A DNA stretch of 63,525 bases, filler included, from Lama guanicoe (GCA_013239625.1; 132 parts of 132 records of this genome joined end to end with filler, not necessarily neighbours in it), one strand, 5' to 3'. Counted from the whole stretch's first letter, positions 1-11,690 are shown. Program-made: numbers and translations. Notes: generated by a model not told the origin, from the sequence alone.

Positions 1-380
1 TTACAAAATACAGTATTATTAACTATAATCAACATTATGCACGTTAGATCCCAGAACTTCATCTTCTAACTGGAGGTTTGTGCTCTCTGAACAGTATCTC
101 CCCAGTTCACCCAGCCTCCAGTCCATGAAACCCACCATCCTAACCTCTGTTTCTACAGTTACGGCTTTTTCACATAAGTAATGTCAAAAACAGTATTTGT
201 CTTTCCCTGTCTGGCTTTTCTCACTTTGCAAAATGCCCTCAAGTTCCATCCATATGGTCCTAACTGGCAGGATTTCCTTTTTATTCATGGCTGAAAATAT
301 TTCATTGCTTTCATATTTGCCACAAATTCCTTGTCCATTCAGCCATCGACCAACACATAGATTATTTCCACATCTTAGCT
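1..380 (-). mobile_element. L1 3' end (L1MA/L1MB-like), antisense
   Basis: Typical antisense L1 tail phrases: cagtatttgtctttccctgtctggctt, aagttccatccat, ggcaggatttcctttttattcatggctgaa. Confidence 0.8.
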
Positions 381-480
381 NNNNNNNNNNNNNNNNNNNN
401 NNNNNNNNNNNNNNNNNNNNNNNNTTAATTAATTAANNNNNNNNNNNNNNNNNNNNNNNNNNNNNNNNNNNNNNNNNNNN
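381..480. other. Synthetic contig-joining linker N44-TTAATTAATTAA-N44 (first of ~131 copies, recurring about every 481-484 bp to ~63140)
   Basis: An identical palindromic 12-mer flanked by N runs lies between every fragment. It gives TAA in all six frames, which explains the ...XXXLIN/XXXN tails in the ORF track. Confidence 0.99.
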
Positions 481-1442
481 AAGACCCTGGAGGAGAGGAT
501 AAAAAGATATTCTTTACAATGCTATTCATTCTCATCTTACTTCATTACTTAATTCAAATGAATTCTTAGGCATCGGATTAGGTTCAATATAAATTTTATA
601 TCAAATGATGTAGCTGAATAAAAACCTAATCATGGGCAGAAACTGCTCATATTTCCCACTACCACTGGGTTAATTTATCAATAGCTTTGACAGTCTATTT
701 CATTTACATTATCTGTCTTAATCCATAAAATTTCTTCTCTTCCTTCACGTGCTCACATAATATTATATCCTATCAGTCACACTCAATATTCCCCTTATGT
801 TCAAGTCCCTTTCACATTTTTTCTGACAAAACAACTTATTTTCTCCCCTGAACATAATTTANNNNNNNNNNNNNNNNNNNNNNNNNNNNNNNNNNNNNNN
901 NNNNNTTAATTAATTAANNNNNNNNNNNNNNNNNNNNNNNNNNNNNNNNNNNNNNNNNNNNGGGCAGACCAGATCTTGCTGGGCTGTTCATCCATCCGTG
1001 GACATTTGGGTGGTTTCCATTTCTTCCAGCTATTATAAATCACGCTGCTATGAACAACCCTGGACTAGTTCCAGTGTGGAAATAAATTCTCATAGATGAC
1101 TCGCAGTGGGATGGCTGCATTGTGGTAAACGTGTGTTGCGGGAGACTGGCCTTCAGCTTCATTTCAAAGACATGCGTTTGGGTAAGTATCTCTTTACAAC
1201 ACAGCCCAGTTTACATGACACCCACACAGCACAAGACGCCCTATGTCCCCGAGTTTCTACCACTCCGCCACAAGTTACGTATTCGAGACCACAGGACTGC
1301 CACCTTTCCCTTCCCAGATATGATTTCTGTTTCGAAGCCTCCNNNNNNNNNNNNNNNNNNNNNNNNNNNNNNNNNNNNNNNNNNNNTTAATTAATTAANN
1401 NNNNNNNNNNNNNNNNNNNNNNNNNNNNNNNNNNNNNNNNNN

Positions 1443-1542
1443 GCTGGGAAACCAAAAAATTCATGTGGCTCATTTATTGTGATGTTGGCTTTGTTGCGGG
1501 GGTCTGGAACTGACCCTGCAGTGTCTCCAAGGTGTGCCTGTA
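1443..1542 (+). mobile_element. Tigger1 (Tc1/mariner) right end with terminal inverted repeat and TA target site
   Basis: ctgggaaaccaaaaaatt...ggtctggaactgaccctgcagtgtctccaaggtgtgcctg+TA resembles the recalled Tigger1 3' terminus (...atctccgaggtatgcctg). Confidence 0.8.
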
Positions 1543-2098
1543 CCTGAAATACCTCAGTCTCTGGAACCAGCCTCCCTGCCCCCCTTTCCTGTGATGCTCC
1601 ATGACTCCGTCGTGCAGCCCACTTCTCCCTGTTCTCCTCCCTTCCCCAGCTGTTTCATGAAGCCACCTGGAGCGCTTGCTCCCTTGTAAACAAACTACAC
1701 CATCAACTCTCGAAATTTTGCCTTCACTTCCTGTTCTTAACTGAAATCTGCCTTCTCTTTAAAGAATGGGAATTTAGTTTTACTTTCAGTCTCTTACCTC
1801 TACACCTAGTCATTCATCAAGGCNNNNNNNNNNNNNNNNNNNNNNNNNNNNNNNNNNNNNNNNNNNNTTAATTAATTAANNNNNNNNNNNNNNNNNNNNN
1901 NNNNNNNNNNNNNNNNNNNNNNNGTCCCCAAATTTAAAATATTGGAATTATTATAAATTGTGTAGGCAGGCAGTATGATGAAGCAAATGAAAAGCGCTTT
2001 GAATGAAAATGCCACACCAGCAAATACCTCGCCAGCACGTCCCACTCAGGGCACCTTTGGAAGCGGTCTCAGCTCAGTGACTGGCAGGGGCGCCCTGG

Positions 2099-2108
2099 GC
2101 GCATGCGC
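2099..2108. promoter_or_regulatory. NRF1-type palindrome GCGCATGCGC in a GC-rich patch, with a reverse CCAAT nearby
   Basis: Motif match only; ATTGG at ~2161. Confidence 0.3.
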
Positions 2109-2480
2109 TCCACTGCCCTGCTTCCAGCCTGCCCGGCTCCACCCAGCTTGCTCCTTGATAATTGGACTGAGTCAGGAGTGTCAGCGTTTATTAGGCTGGA
2201 CCCTGGGAAAAGCATGGAACTGTGAAAGCAAAAAATAATGTAAAATTTGTGAAATGTTACTGAAAATACATAAGCTTGGAGGGTCCTAAACCTTGCCAAG
2301 TATANNNNNNNNNNNNNNNNNNNNNNNNNNNNNNNNNNNNNNNNNNNNTTAATTAATTAANNNNNNNNNNNNNNNNNNNNNNNNNNNNNNNNNNNNNNNN
2401 NNNNTTTTAATGGTATTCCAACCTACATTTTACAGAAACTTATTTTAGTATTTTCTGTGCAATCTCTGTCTTTTTTTAAG

Positions 2481-2595
2481 CTTTAGATCCAGCTGAAGAC
2501 CCCTGCTTGAAGGTGAAATGTAGTCACCATGAAGTGTGCACTGTTCGAGGTCCTCACGCCGCTGTCTGCGTGGGCCAGCGGAGGCTCCCCCACCG
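2481..2595 (+). CDS. SPOCK3: Testican (SPOCK3-like) internal exon, follistatin-N region
   Basis: 115-bp exon bounded by tttttttaag| and |gtaagc. It encodes (A)LDPAEDPCLKVKCSHHEVCTVRGPHAAVCVGQRRLPH(R); recalled SPOCK3 is ALDPAKDPCLKMKCSRHKVCIAQDSQTAVCISHRRLTHR. Confidence 0.8.
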
Positions 2596-4552
2596 GTAAG
2601 CATCCTTAACCCACGCCCGTGGGTTGCGCGGCACTCTTTACCACGAGTTACTGCCGAGAGTTAATATTTGGCAACATCTGCTGAGCTTTTGTCCCAGTTT
2701 TACTGACACAGTTGCAGACCCTTGGCTGATACGATTATGATTCACTTGGGTCAAACATTGTTACCAGTCAGAATTACTGTAGATTNNNNNNNNNNNNNNN
2801 NNNNNNNNNNNNNNNNNNNNNNNNNNNNNTTAATTAATTAANNNNNNNNNNNNNNNNNNNNNNNNNNNNNNNNNNNNNNNNNNNNAAAAAATAGAAAGTG
2901 AATAAAGAGTAAAAAGCAGGAATGCAATCTTAATCACCTACTGGTAAAAACAAATTGTTCTGTACTATTAATAAATCCACCCTTTCCTTTGTAATCTATT
3001 ATGATTTCAGTGCTTCAGGGAAAATCAAGAAAGTGCTTGGCATTCCCTGAGGGAGAGTCTCATGGGGTGAAAAAGAACCCATAAATTGATCTCACTATGT
3101 GTGTCATGAAACACGTGGGGAAGCCAAGGCAGAGTCTCATTACAGGTAAACAGGTAGTATATTCCATGTTGGTGCCGTATTTTACTGATATCCAGCTTGG
3201 TGACTTGCAGTAGAGTGCTTATTCTATGACAAAGCACAGTAAAACATGAGGATGTCTGATTCACTTNNNNNNNNNNNNNNNNNNNNNNNNNNNNNNNNNN
3301 NNNNNNNNNNTTAATTAATTAANNNNNNNNNNNNNNNNNNNNNNNNNNNNNNNNNNNNNNNNNNNNCGATTAAATCTGGGTGCCCTGGAAGCCAAGCAGC
3401 TGATTTCCGTTGAAGGTGCAGGGGTCGGAGCTCCCTCAAACTAGAGATAATTCTCTAATTGCCATGTCGGCCCCGACTTCGTTGTGATCATTAGCAGAGC
3501 CCCTTGCTCCGGCTGAGAGAGGAGGGGGAGGCCAGACACATCATTGCTCATCTAAATTTTTAATAATGCTCCGCTCTTCAGATCATCGGGTAATCAAACC
3601 CAAATTAGCTCGATACTCAAAGCCAAGAATAACAAGGGGAGTGAAAGGGATAATGTTTCTTTAATGAAAATTTCATCAATGCAGATTTCTCATTGAATAT
3701 TAAGGTCTTGGCTGGAAGCCAGCCTCAGAGCAGACTGCTGTGACATTNNNNNNNNNNNNNNNNNNNNNNNNNNNNNNNNNNNNNNNNNNNNTTAATTAAT
3801 TAANNNNNNNNNNNNNNNNNNNNNNNNNNNNNNNNNNNNNNNNNNNNGTAACTGGGCTTCTGAGGCTTTTTGTGCACTGGGCAAGCTGAGCACTGCAGCT
3901 CCTCCTGCTTTTGGCCACAGCAGAGTGTGGGAGCCCGGGAGCGGAAACTGCCTGTGAACAACGACCCAGAATTTCACGGACTAAATAAACTTCCGTGACT
4001 TTTTAACTTCAGAGACTAGGAAATAGGTCTTATTTCTACAACCTAGGGAGTTTTCTCGCCACTCACACTGCCCTCCAAGATACATAGAAAATGCCAGGAA
4101 ACACCTGAGAGGTGAAGGAAGTTATCTAGCCGAGGTGCACAGCCCTTTGCCCTGTTTATGTTAAAGAGAGAATTTTCCATGTGAATTTGGGAAAACTTTA
4201 TATTCCACTAGGAACACTCATTTGTGAGNNNNNNNNNNNNNNNNNNNNNNNNNNNNNNNNNNNNNNNNNNNNTTAATTAATTAANNNNNNNNNNNNNNNN
4301 NNNNNNNNNNNNNNNNNNNNNNNNNNNNTAATATCACAGCCCAAAAAGGAAGACTTTCCTGCCTTAGTTTTTTACTGTAACATTGGTACCTTTGCTTCAC
4401 CATCCACTCTCATGTGTTTGGCAGTGAGTAGATTAACAAATTGGAGGACTTTGAAGTGACTCTAGTGTTACTCTTTCTGTCTTCAATTCATATATTTATT
4501 TAAATTGTTTAGAAGTGTAACAGAAATAAAATAATGTTTTCCCCTAAAGTAG

Positions 4553-4709
4553 TGTCGACTGAAATAAAATGTACATCCTAAAAGCTGAGAGTTAATGTTT
4601 TATTCGGTGGACATTCTGAGGATTTAAGACCGGGATGACAGCCTCTCAGATTGCTCGGAAGGACTGCTCCAATGTGGCAAGGTAGAAGCCAGGATATATG
4701 AGTTTTTGC
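4553..4709 (-). mobile_element. ERV LTR 3' end (artiodactyl ERV1-type), antisense
   Basis: Starts with TG (CA terminus on the minus strand) and has AATAAA on the minus strand. The stretch tgttttattcggtggacattctgaggatttaagaccgggatgacagcctctcagat resembles recalled artiodactyl LTRs. Confidence 0.6.
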
Positions 4710-5290
4710 NNNNNNNNNNNNNNNNNNNNNNNNNNNNNNNNNNNNNNNNNNNNTTAATTAATTAANNNNNNNNNNNNNNNNNNNNNNNNNNNNNNNNNNN
4801 NNNNNNNNNGACTCAATTTGGGGACTGTTGTCTTTTTTTTAACAATAGAAAAATTTTAAATGATCAAAATATAAGCAAACATGTTTAGAGGAGGAAAATA
4901 ACATATTTGCAACACTTCTGTTTAATTTTTTTTAATAAAAAAGTATTTTCAAACATATTTTTTTCAGAATTTCACTTTCCATGAGGAATGTTTGAAATTT
5001 TATATATTAAATATATATTTATGAACTTTGTGATACATTCATTGTTAAATGAAAGTGTTATATAATTTAGTTTCTAGGGTTCATAAAATCATGAAATTAT
5101 AGTAAACCATGTATGGTTTTGTTAAAACAGGCAGACTACCATGATATATTTTTCTTTACATAATCAACATTTATCTGTACTAGATAATTGNNNNNNNNNN
5201 NNNNNNNNNNNNNNNNNNNNNNNNNNNNNNNNNNTTAATTAATTAANNNNNNNNNNNNNNNNNNNNNNNNNNNNNNNNNNNNNNNNNNNN

Positions 5291-5466
5291 TTCCATGCAG
5301 GGAAACCACTGATTAAGTCCAGTGTTTGACTTCTTACAAAATGAGTCATCCAGTTGCCACAAATTCCCTTGTGGGAAAAATGGGTAAAAGGCTTCAAATA
5401 TGTGGAGAATGCCGTCAAAGACATATATTGAAATAAACATACTAGAAAGGTGATGATTTTTTTCAA
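5291..5466 (-). pseudogene. Possible decayed cytosolic sulfotransferase C-terminal remnant
   Basis: Minus frame LKKIITFL..CLFQYM..STY..FSHKGICGNWMTHFVRSQ resembles the SULT pattern KI.xFL..SFQxM..SNY..RKGxxGDWKNHFTVAQ. Confidence 0.3.
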
Positions 5467-6444
5467 GTAAATATGACAACCCCATTAAAATGCAACACAC
5501 GATTTTTTGCATAAAGAAAACCTAAGATGAAATAGATGCCTTAGATAAAATACTTACATATACAAATCATAAAACCCACTATGGTTAGTAACCTTTATGG
5601 CTTTGAAGAACTAGATATTTATATATCCTTCTTTCTGCATGTGCGTGTGCGTATGTGTGTTTTGTATATATNNNNNNNNNNNNNNNNNNNNNNNNNNNNN
5701 NNNNNNNNNNNNNNNTTAATTAATTAANNNNNNNNNNNNNNNNNNNNNNNNNNNNNNNNNNNNNNNNNNNNTTTTTTTCCTTACAAACACAAATAACAGA
5801 CAAGCCTGATAATTTAACTCTTAATTGGTGGTTAGGGCTCTAGAATGTCCTTTTTTTAAAGATCATTTTAAAATCAAAGCACTAATTTGATACAGTAAAA
5901 GCATAGTACAGATATCCAAATTTCAACTGGATTTTGCTAGATAGAGCCTAAGTAATAAAGAAGCATTTTTCCCTTTCCAGATAACACTTTAAAATATAAA
6001 TAACTGTATTAAGTCCCACTGAATAGAGAATGAGAAAGTTCCTGGTATAAAAACCACCTTAGAAATTTGATAGCCATTTCATTCTACGGAGGGACAGAGA
6101 CTGGATTTTGTTTGCTTTCCATAATGACTTCACATTCCCCCTCCATTTCAAANNNNNNNNNNNNNNNNNNNNNNNNNNNNNNNNNNNNNNNNNNNNTTAA
6201 TTAATTAANNNNNNNNNNNNNNNNNNNNNNNNNNNNNNNNNNNNNNNNNNNNTGTCTTGGGCTTCAGGTGCTTCAGGATTTCATGAGGCATTTCCAGGGC
6301 AGTTTTCAGAAAAGTGCCAACTTTTGGAGATTTTACTTTGAATCTGGGAGTTCAAAAAAATACAAGGGATAAGGGGATAAGCATCTCACTTGTTCAAAGG
6401 ACATGTTCTTGGCATATTTTCCCTTTTTTGTTTTTTCTTTTTAG

Positions 6445-6471
6445 ACTGGAGAAAGGAACTGTTCGAAGCAG
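6445..6471 (+). CDS. 27-bp microexon, butyrophilin/BTNL cytoplasmic heptad-type
   Basis: Long polypyrimidine tract + ttag|, strong CAG|gtgagt donor, phase 1-1. It encodes (D)WRKELFEA, similar to BTN-family 27-bp exons (EWKKALFKP, DWRRKHGQA). Confidence 0.55.
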
Positions 6472-6733
6472 GTGAGTGACCTTACTATTTTGTCTCACAT
6501 AATCTTTTCTATACAAATGAGAAAACACTCTATAATACCTAGCTGGTTATTCACTTCGTGGCTTTTGCTTCAGTCTCATGCAGAAATGTGAACAGATTTC
6601 TTACTGTTCTGACATCATTCATTCATTCATTCANNNNNNNNNNNNNNNNNNNNNNNNNNNNNNNNNNNNNNNNNNNNTTAATTAATTAANNNNNNNNNNN
6701 NNNNNNNNNNNNNNNNNNNNNNNNNNNNNNNNN

Positions 6734-7114
6734 GTCTCCACACCCCTGGGAATGCACACAACTGGGCCTGCACACACCTGGGACAGCACACTCCTGTGTC
6801 TGCACATTTCTGGCCCTGCACCCTCCTGGACCTCACCTCCCCTGTATCTGTACAATCCTGGTCCTGCCCAATCCTGGGCCTGCGCCCTACTGTGCCTGAA
6901 CACAACTGGGCCTGCTCCCTCCTGTGCCAGCACAATCCAAGGCCTGCACACTCCTGGGCCTGTCCTTTCCTGGGCCTGTACATCCCTGATCCTGCCCTCT
7001 ACTTTGTCTGCACACTCCTGGGCCTACAGACTCCTGGGCCTGCACACTACTGGGCCTGCACTCTTCTGGTCCTGCACACTCCTGGGCCTACTCGAAGCTG
7101 TGCCGGCACACCCC
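6734..7114. repeat. 16-bp minisatellite, consensus CACACTCCTGGGCCTG, ~23 diverged units
   Basis: Consecutive units: cacactcctgggccta/cagactcctgggcctg/cacactactgggcctg/cactcttctggtcctg/cacactcctgggccta. Confidence 0.9.
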
Positions 7115-8176
7115 NNNNNNNNNNNNNNNNNNNNNNNNNNNNNNNNNNNNNNNNNNNNTTAATTAATTAANNNNNNNNNNNNNNNNNNNNNNNNNNNNNN
7201 NNNNNNNNNNNNNNAGGCCATGCACTTTACATTGGGTTTTGCTTATTCATAATTTTATATATATATTTTGTTTTTAATGAATTTTCTACAGTGTTTTGCT
7301 AGTTCCTATTAAAACCAATGGGAAACAGTGGTAAATGTTTGAGTAGGATAGCTGTTCAAAGCATGGCTATAAAACCAAAGCAATCCAAGTAGTATGTGTG
7401 GGAATTAGGTTTACAATATTATCAAAGACTGATTCAGACTGCTGCCCTAAGTGTAGATAACTCTAATTTTGGCTTAAACTCAAGATGTTTTTAACACCTA
7501 TGTAACAAAGAAAGCTATCCAAAGATGTATCTCAAATATAATGCCAAATGCTTAACATTGTGACCAATGCAAAAACTGATTTTATCCTCTCTAAANNNNN
7601 NNNNNNNNNNNNNNNNNNNNNNNNNNNNNNNNNNNNNNNTTAATTAATTAANNNNNNNNNNNNNNNNNNNNNNNNNNNNNNNNNNNNNNNNNNNNGTAAA
7701 GGTTAGGCAATCACGTGTTAACTTCATATTCAAATATCTCATTACTTTCTTAAAAATGAGAATTAATGCAAACTTTGATTTTTAAATGCACATTTCAATA
7801 AATGCATTAGCTTGTATTCCATGACCATTCTGGCAAAAAGAAAGCACACAATTGACCCAAATTAAGGGCTTCTTTCATTAATTTAAGATGTGTCCAAAAT
7901 ATGTAAACAAAAATAATTTTAGAAAATATACCATGAGTCAAACTCAGCAAAGGGCTCTCACAGAGTAGGTAATCAATAAATACGTGTTTAATACAGAAAA
8001 CCATTTTTCTAGAGAGTGCTAGAGCTTTGATCCTTTTTTGCCTGGGGAGTTACTGTCCAGTAAAATTATTAAAACCNNNNNNNNNNNNNNNNNNNNNNNN
8101 NNNNNNNNNNNNNNNNNNNNTTAATTAATTAANNNNNNNNNNNNNNNNNNNNNNNNNNNNNNNNNNNNNNNNNNNN

Positions 8177-8557
8177 GAACGCGCAGACGTCTAACAGGAG
8201 GGAGTGGTGGTGGGAAGGAGGGGAACACTCCAAGTGCGGGGGATGCCATATGCTGAGGCCTTGAGGTGAAAAAGTGGAGAGCTGGCTATTTCAGAGAAAT
8301 AAAAAAGATCACTATATCATGATGGGAAATGGGCCTCAGGATTGAGCAAGAAGAGTTGTGGAGGGAACCTTGCCCAAGAGTTAAAACGGAGGCAGAGGCA
8401 ACAGGAGCCACTGAAAAGTGTTCTGTAGGGGACTGCCAAAACTAGACTTATATTTGACATGACTTTCTCTGTTGCTGTGAGCAGAGAACCCACTTTAGAC
8501 AGTGGCCATTGGCACAAGAGAGAGATGACGGTGGCCTAGAAAGTGAAGATCCAAAAA
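8177..8557 (-). mobile_element. L2 LINE fragment
   Basis: Degenerate L2 phrases (gaggccttgaggtg, gagccactgaa, gagagatgacggtggcct). Confidence 0.5.
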
Positions 8558-8702
8558 NNNNNNNNNNNNNNNNNNNNNNNNNNNNNNNNNNNNNNNNNNN
8601 NTTAATTAATTAANNNNNNNNNNNNNNNNNNNNNNNNNNNNNNNNNNNNNNNNNNNNGGTCATGTTACTATTAAGAGCATCTATTTCATCAGTCACACCC
8701 AC

Positions 8703-8800
8703 CTGACGGTAAAAACTGTATTTGACTGCAATGCATCTTTCAAATCCTGCTTCACTGTCACCAGAGGAAAAGGAGAAAATGTTTTTGTAAATAGCTCCCT
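8703..8800 (-). CDS. Candidate internal exon, gene not recognised
   Basis: T-rich acceptor ...tcttgaaag| and donor CAG|gtgggt, 98 bp; open frame (E)GAIYKNIFSFSSGDSEAGFERCIAVKYSFYRQ. Confidence 0.3.
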
Positions 8801-10238
8801 CTTTCAAGAAAAAAATAATATAGATGTTTCATAATTGGATACAAGGCTGGCTACCAGATGACTTTTAACAAATTTACTACACCTAAATTTTATTTGTATC
8901 CTTTTAAAAATTAAAGTTTAATCCATTAAATGTGCAAAACAAAAAAAAGAAAATCTACTTGGCACACTTTCAGACTTGATCTATTTTGAGTTAATTTTTG
9001 TGTATAGTGTAAGGTAATGGTCCAGTTTCATTCTTTTGNNNNNNNNNNNNNNNNNNNNNNNNNNNNNNNNNNNNNNNNNNNNTTAATTAATTAANNNNNN
9101 NNNNNNNNNNNNNNNNNNNNNNNNNNNNNNNNNNNNNNTAATTATTAGAAAAATGAGCAAAGAATGGAAAATAATTTTGAGAAAAGGAAAAAATGACCAA
9201 AAATAAATAAAAAGATATGAGAACATGAACCTTTCTGGTAATTAAAAGAAGATTATTTCAAGCACTGAAATACTATTTTTAAAAAAATTATCAGATTGTC
9301 AAAACTGTATAAAGTTTGCAAATACCTAGTTCTAGCAGAGTTTAGGAAAACACTCACCATCATAAACTGTTGTTGGAGGAATAAGTTTAAGTAACTATTT
9401 GAGTGTAGAGTTTGAGTGTAGAGCTGTCAGACCTGATTGAGCTGTTGAGGGAGACTGATTAGAGGAATCATTATGTAGAAAGAGAAAAAGGTGTGAAGTT
9501 AGCTAGGATGATAAATTAANNNNNNNNNNNNNNNNNNNNNNNNNNNNNNNNNNNNNNNNNNNNTTAATTAATTAANNNNNNNNNNNNNNNNNNNNNNNNN
9601 NNNNNNNNNNNNNNNNNNNTGGTCCACCTGTATTTTTGAGCTGTAATAATTATTTCAGTAACATTTTAACTTCCGAAAGAAGAATATTCAGAGGTCTAAG
9701 AACCAAAATTCCTTATCTTGAAGACATGGAGAAAAGACTTCTAGAATAAATTCGTGCATATTTTAGTTTAGCTAATAATATTTCTCTCTTGAGCTTACAA
9801 ATCAAAAAATAATTAAAGCAAAGGAATACAATCAATGGGGTTTCAAGAATTGTTTAAAAAAGCTCAGTTAACAAAAAAAAATGTTGGTGGTTTTCACTTT
9901 AAATATAATTAAATTAACCATCACAGTTGAATCTATGAAACTTATGTAGAATACATTTTGTAAAAGAAAAAAAATATGTGTGTTATTGTGTATTGTACAT
10001 NNNNNNNNNNNNNNNNNNNNNNNNNNNNNNNNNNNNNNNNNNNNTTAATTAATTAANNNNNNNNNNNNNNNNNNNNNNNNNNNNNNNNNNNNNNNNNNNN
10101 ATATATTCTTTGATGTGTTGTCTTCTTGTGATCACTTCTCTTGAGAAGAAACATTGTGACCACTGGATACAATTTTGTCTTTCCTTTTATGTAAAGTCAG
10201 CCAGGAAGGACAGGTGTGGATGTATTTTTCTCCCATAG

Positions 10239-10303
10239 CTCAGAGCCATGTTGCAGAAGAAGATCATTGAGACTGGCAGGGAGACTTCCCACTTTAAACA
10301 CAG
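10239..10303 (+). CDS. Candidate internal exon, gene not recognised
   Basis: tttttctcccatag| ... CAG|gtatgg, 65 bp; open frame LRAMLQKKIIETGRETSHFKH(R). Confidence 0.35.
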
Positions 10304-10581
10304 GTATGGGATTGTGACATTTTTTCAAGATGTTTTCAAATTTTTAAGGCTAACTTGTTAAGTATCTAATAAAGGGCTTGGTTTTGTAATTTTTATTCAG
10401 GTCCATTCTGTCTCTATGGACTGGAAATAACTCTTTAAATGACAAGGCTATGGGAGAAATGCTGGATTAACAAACTAAATCNNNNNNNNNNNNNNNNNNN
10501 NNNNNNNNNNNNNNNNNNNNNNNNNTTAATTAATTAANNNNNNNNNNNNNNNNNNNNNNNNNNNNNNNNNNNNNNNNNNNN

Positions 10582-10962
10582 GACAAGAGTAATACTCACG
10601 AGTTCGTAAACCTAGTGAAAGAACTAGCCTCACCTGGAGAACTGACTCAAAGCAGAAGTTACGACTTCGAATTTACGCAAGTTGAAAAGCCATATGAATC
10701 TTACATCGGTGCCAATGTCCGCCTAAGGTATTTTCTTAAAGTGACAACAGTGAGAAGACTGACAGACTTGGTGAAAGAATATGATCTTATTGTTCACCAG
10801 CTTGCTACCTACCCTGATGTTCACAACTCTGTTAAGACGGAAGTGGGCACTGAAGATTGTCTACGTATAGAACCTGAATATAATAAATCAAAGTATCATT
10901 TAAAGGATGTGACTGTTGGAAAAATTTACTTCTTATTAGTAAGAATAAAAATCCAACATATG
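10582..10962 (+). pseudogene. VPS26A: VPS26A retrocopy (intronless, frame open across the whole fragment)
   Basis: 127 codons, [15 protein letters not shown]...[15 protein letters not shown], near-identical to VPS26A. It runs across positions where the parent gene has introns and carries ~10 missense changes. Confidence 0.9.
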
Positions 10963-11062
10963 NNNNNNNNNNNNNNNNNNNNNNNNNNNNNNNNNNNNNN
11001 NNNNNNTTAATTAATTAANNNNNNNNNNNNNNNNNNNNNNNNNNNNNNNNNNNNNNNNNNNN

Positions 11063-11345
11063 ATATCTGTTGAACTCCAAGCTCTCCATTTCCCTTTCCC
11101 TGCGGCCACTAGCAACTACCATTCTACTGTCTTTCTATGAGTTTGGTTATTTTAGGTATCTTTTTAAATGTAGTCATGCACATTTGTATTTCTGTGGCTT
11201 TCTTTTACTTAGCATAACGTTGTCCGGGTTCATCTAGTTTGTCAGATATGGCAGGGTATCACCCTTTGCTAAGGCTGAATAATATTCCATTATATGTAGA
11301 TATACGTTCTTTATCCATTTGCCCATCTAGGGATGTTTAAGAATG
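11063..11345 (-). mobile_element. L1 3' end (L1MB-like), antisense
   Basis: gcaactaccattctactgtctttctatgagtttg...ttttacttagcataacg...aaggctgaataatattccatt. Confidence 0.75.
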
Positions 11346-11574
11346 ATTGATCTTCTATGAATGTTTATTCATTAAAACTGAAATTTTGGCATTATAAAGA
11401 TATTTTCCTTGAGAAAACTAGTTGAGATTATGTAAGAGTAAAANNNNNNNNNNNNNNNNNNNNNNNNNNNNNNNNNNNNNNNNNNNNTTAATTAATTAAN
11501 NNNNNNNNNNNNNNNNNNNNNNNNNNNNNNNNNNNNNNNNNNNTAAGGGTTAGGGATGGATGAGATAAATTCAG

Positions 11575-11690
11575 AGAGAAGAAAGAGGAACACTTTTATA
11601 GGAGGAAGGAAAGAGGGAGGGAGAGAGGTAAGGGAGAAAGGAAGGAAAGAAGAGAAGAAAAAGAAAAGAAAAGAAAGAAAAGGAAAACAA
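11575..11690. repeat. Purine-rich low-complexity (GAAA/GGAA) tract
   Basis: Direct inspection. Confidence 0.85.

Noticed and set aside
2081..2095. CTCF-like CTGGCAGGGGCGCC
   Set aside because: One base short in the G-run relative to the CTCF core, so the spacing does not fit.
6678..7170. Four overlapping ORFs of 89-136 aa
   Set aside because: By-products of the stop-poor 16-bp minisatellite, extended by Ns.
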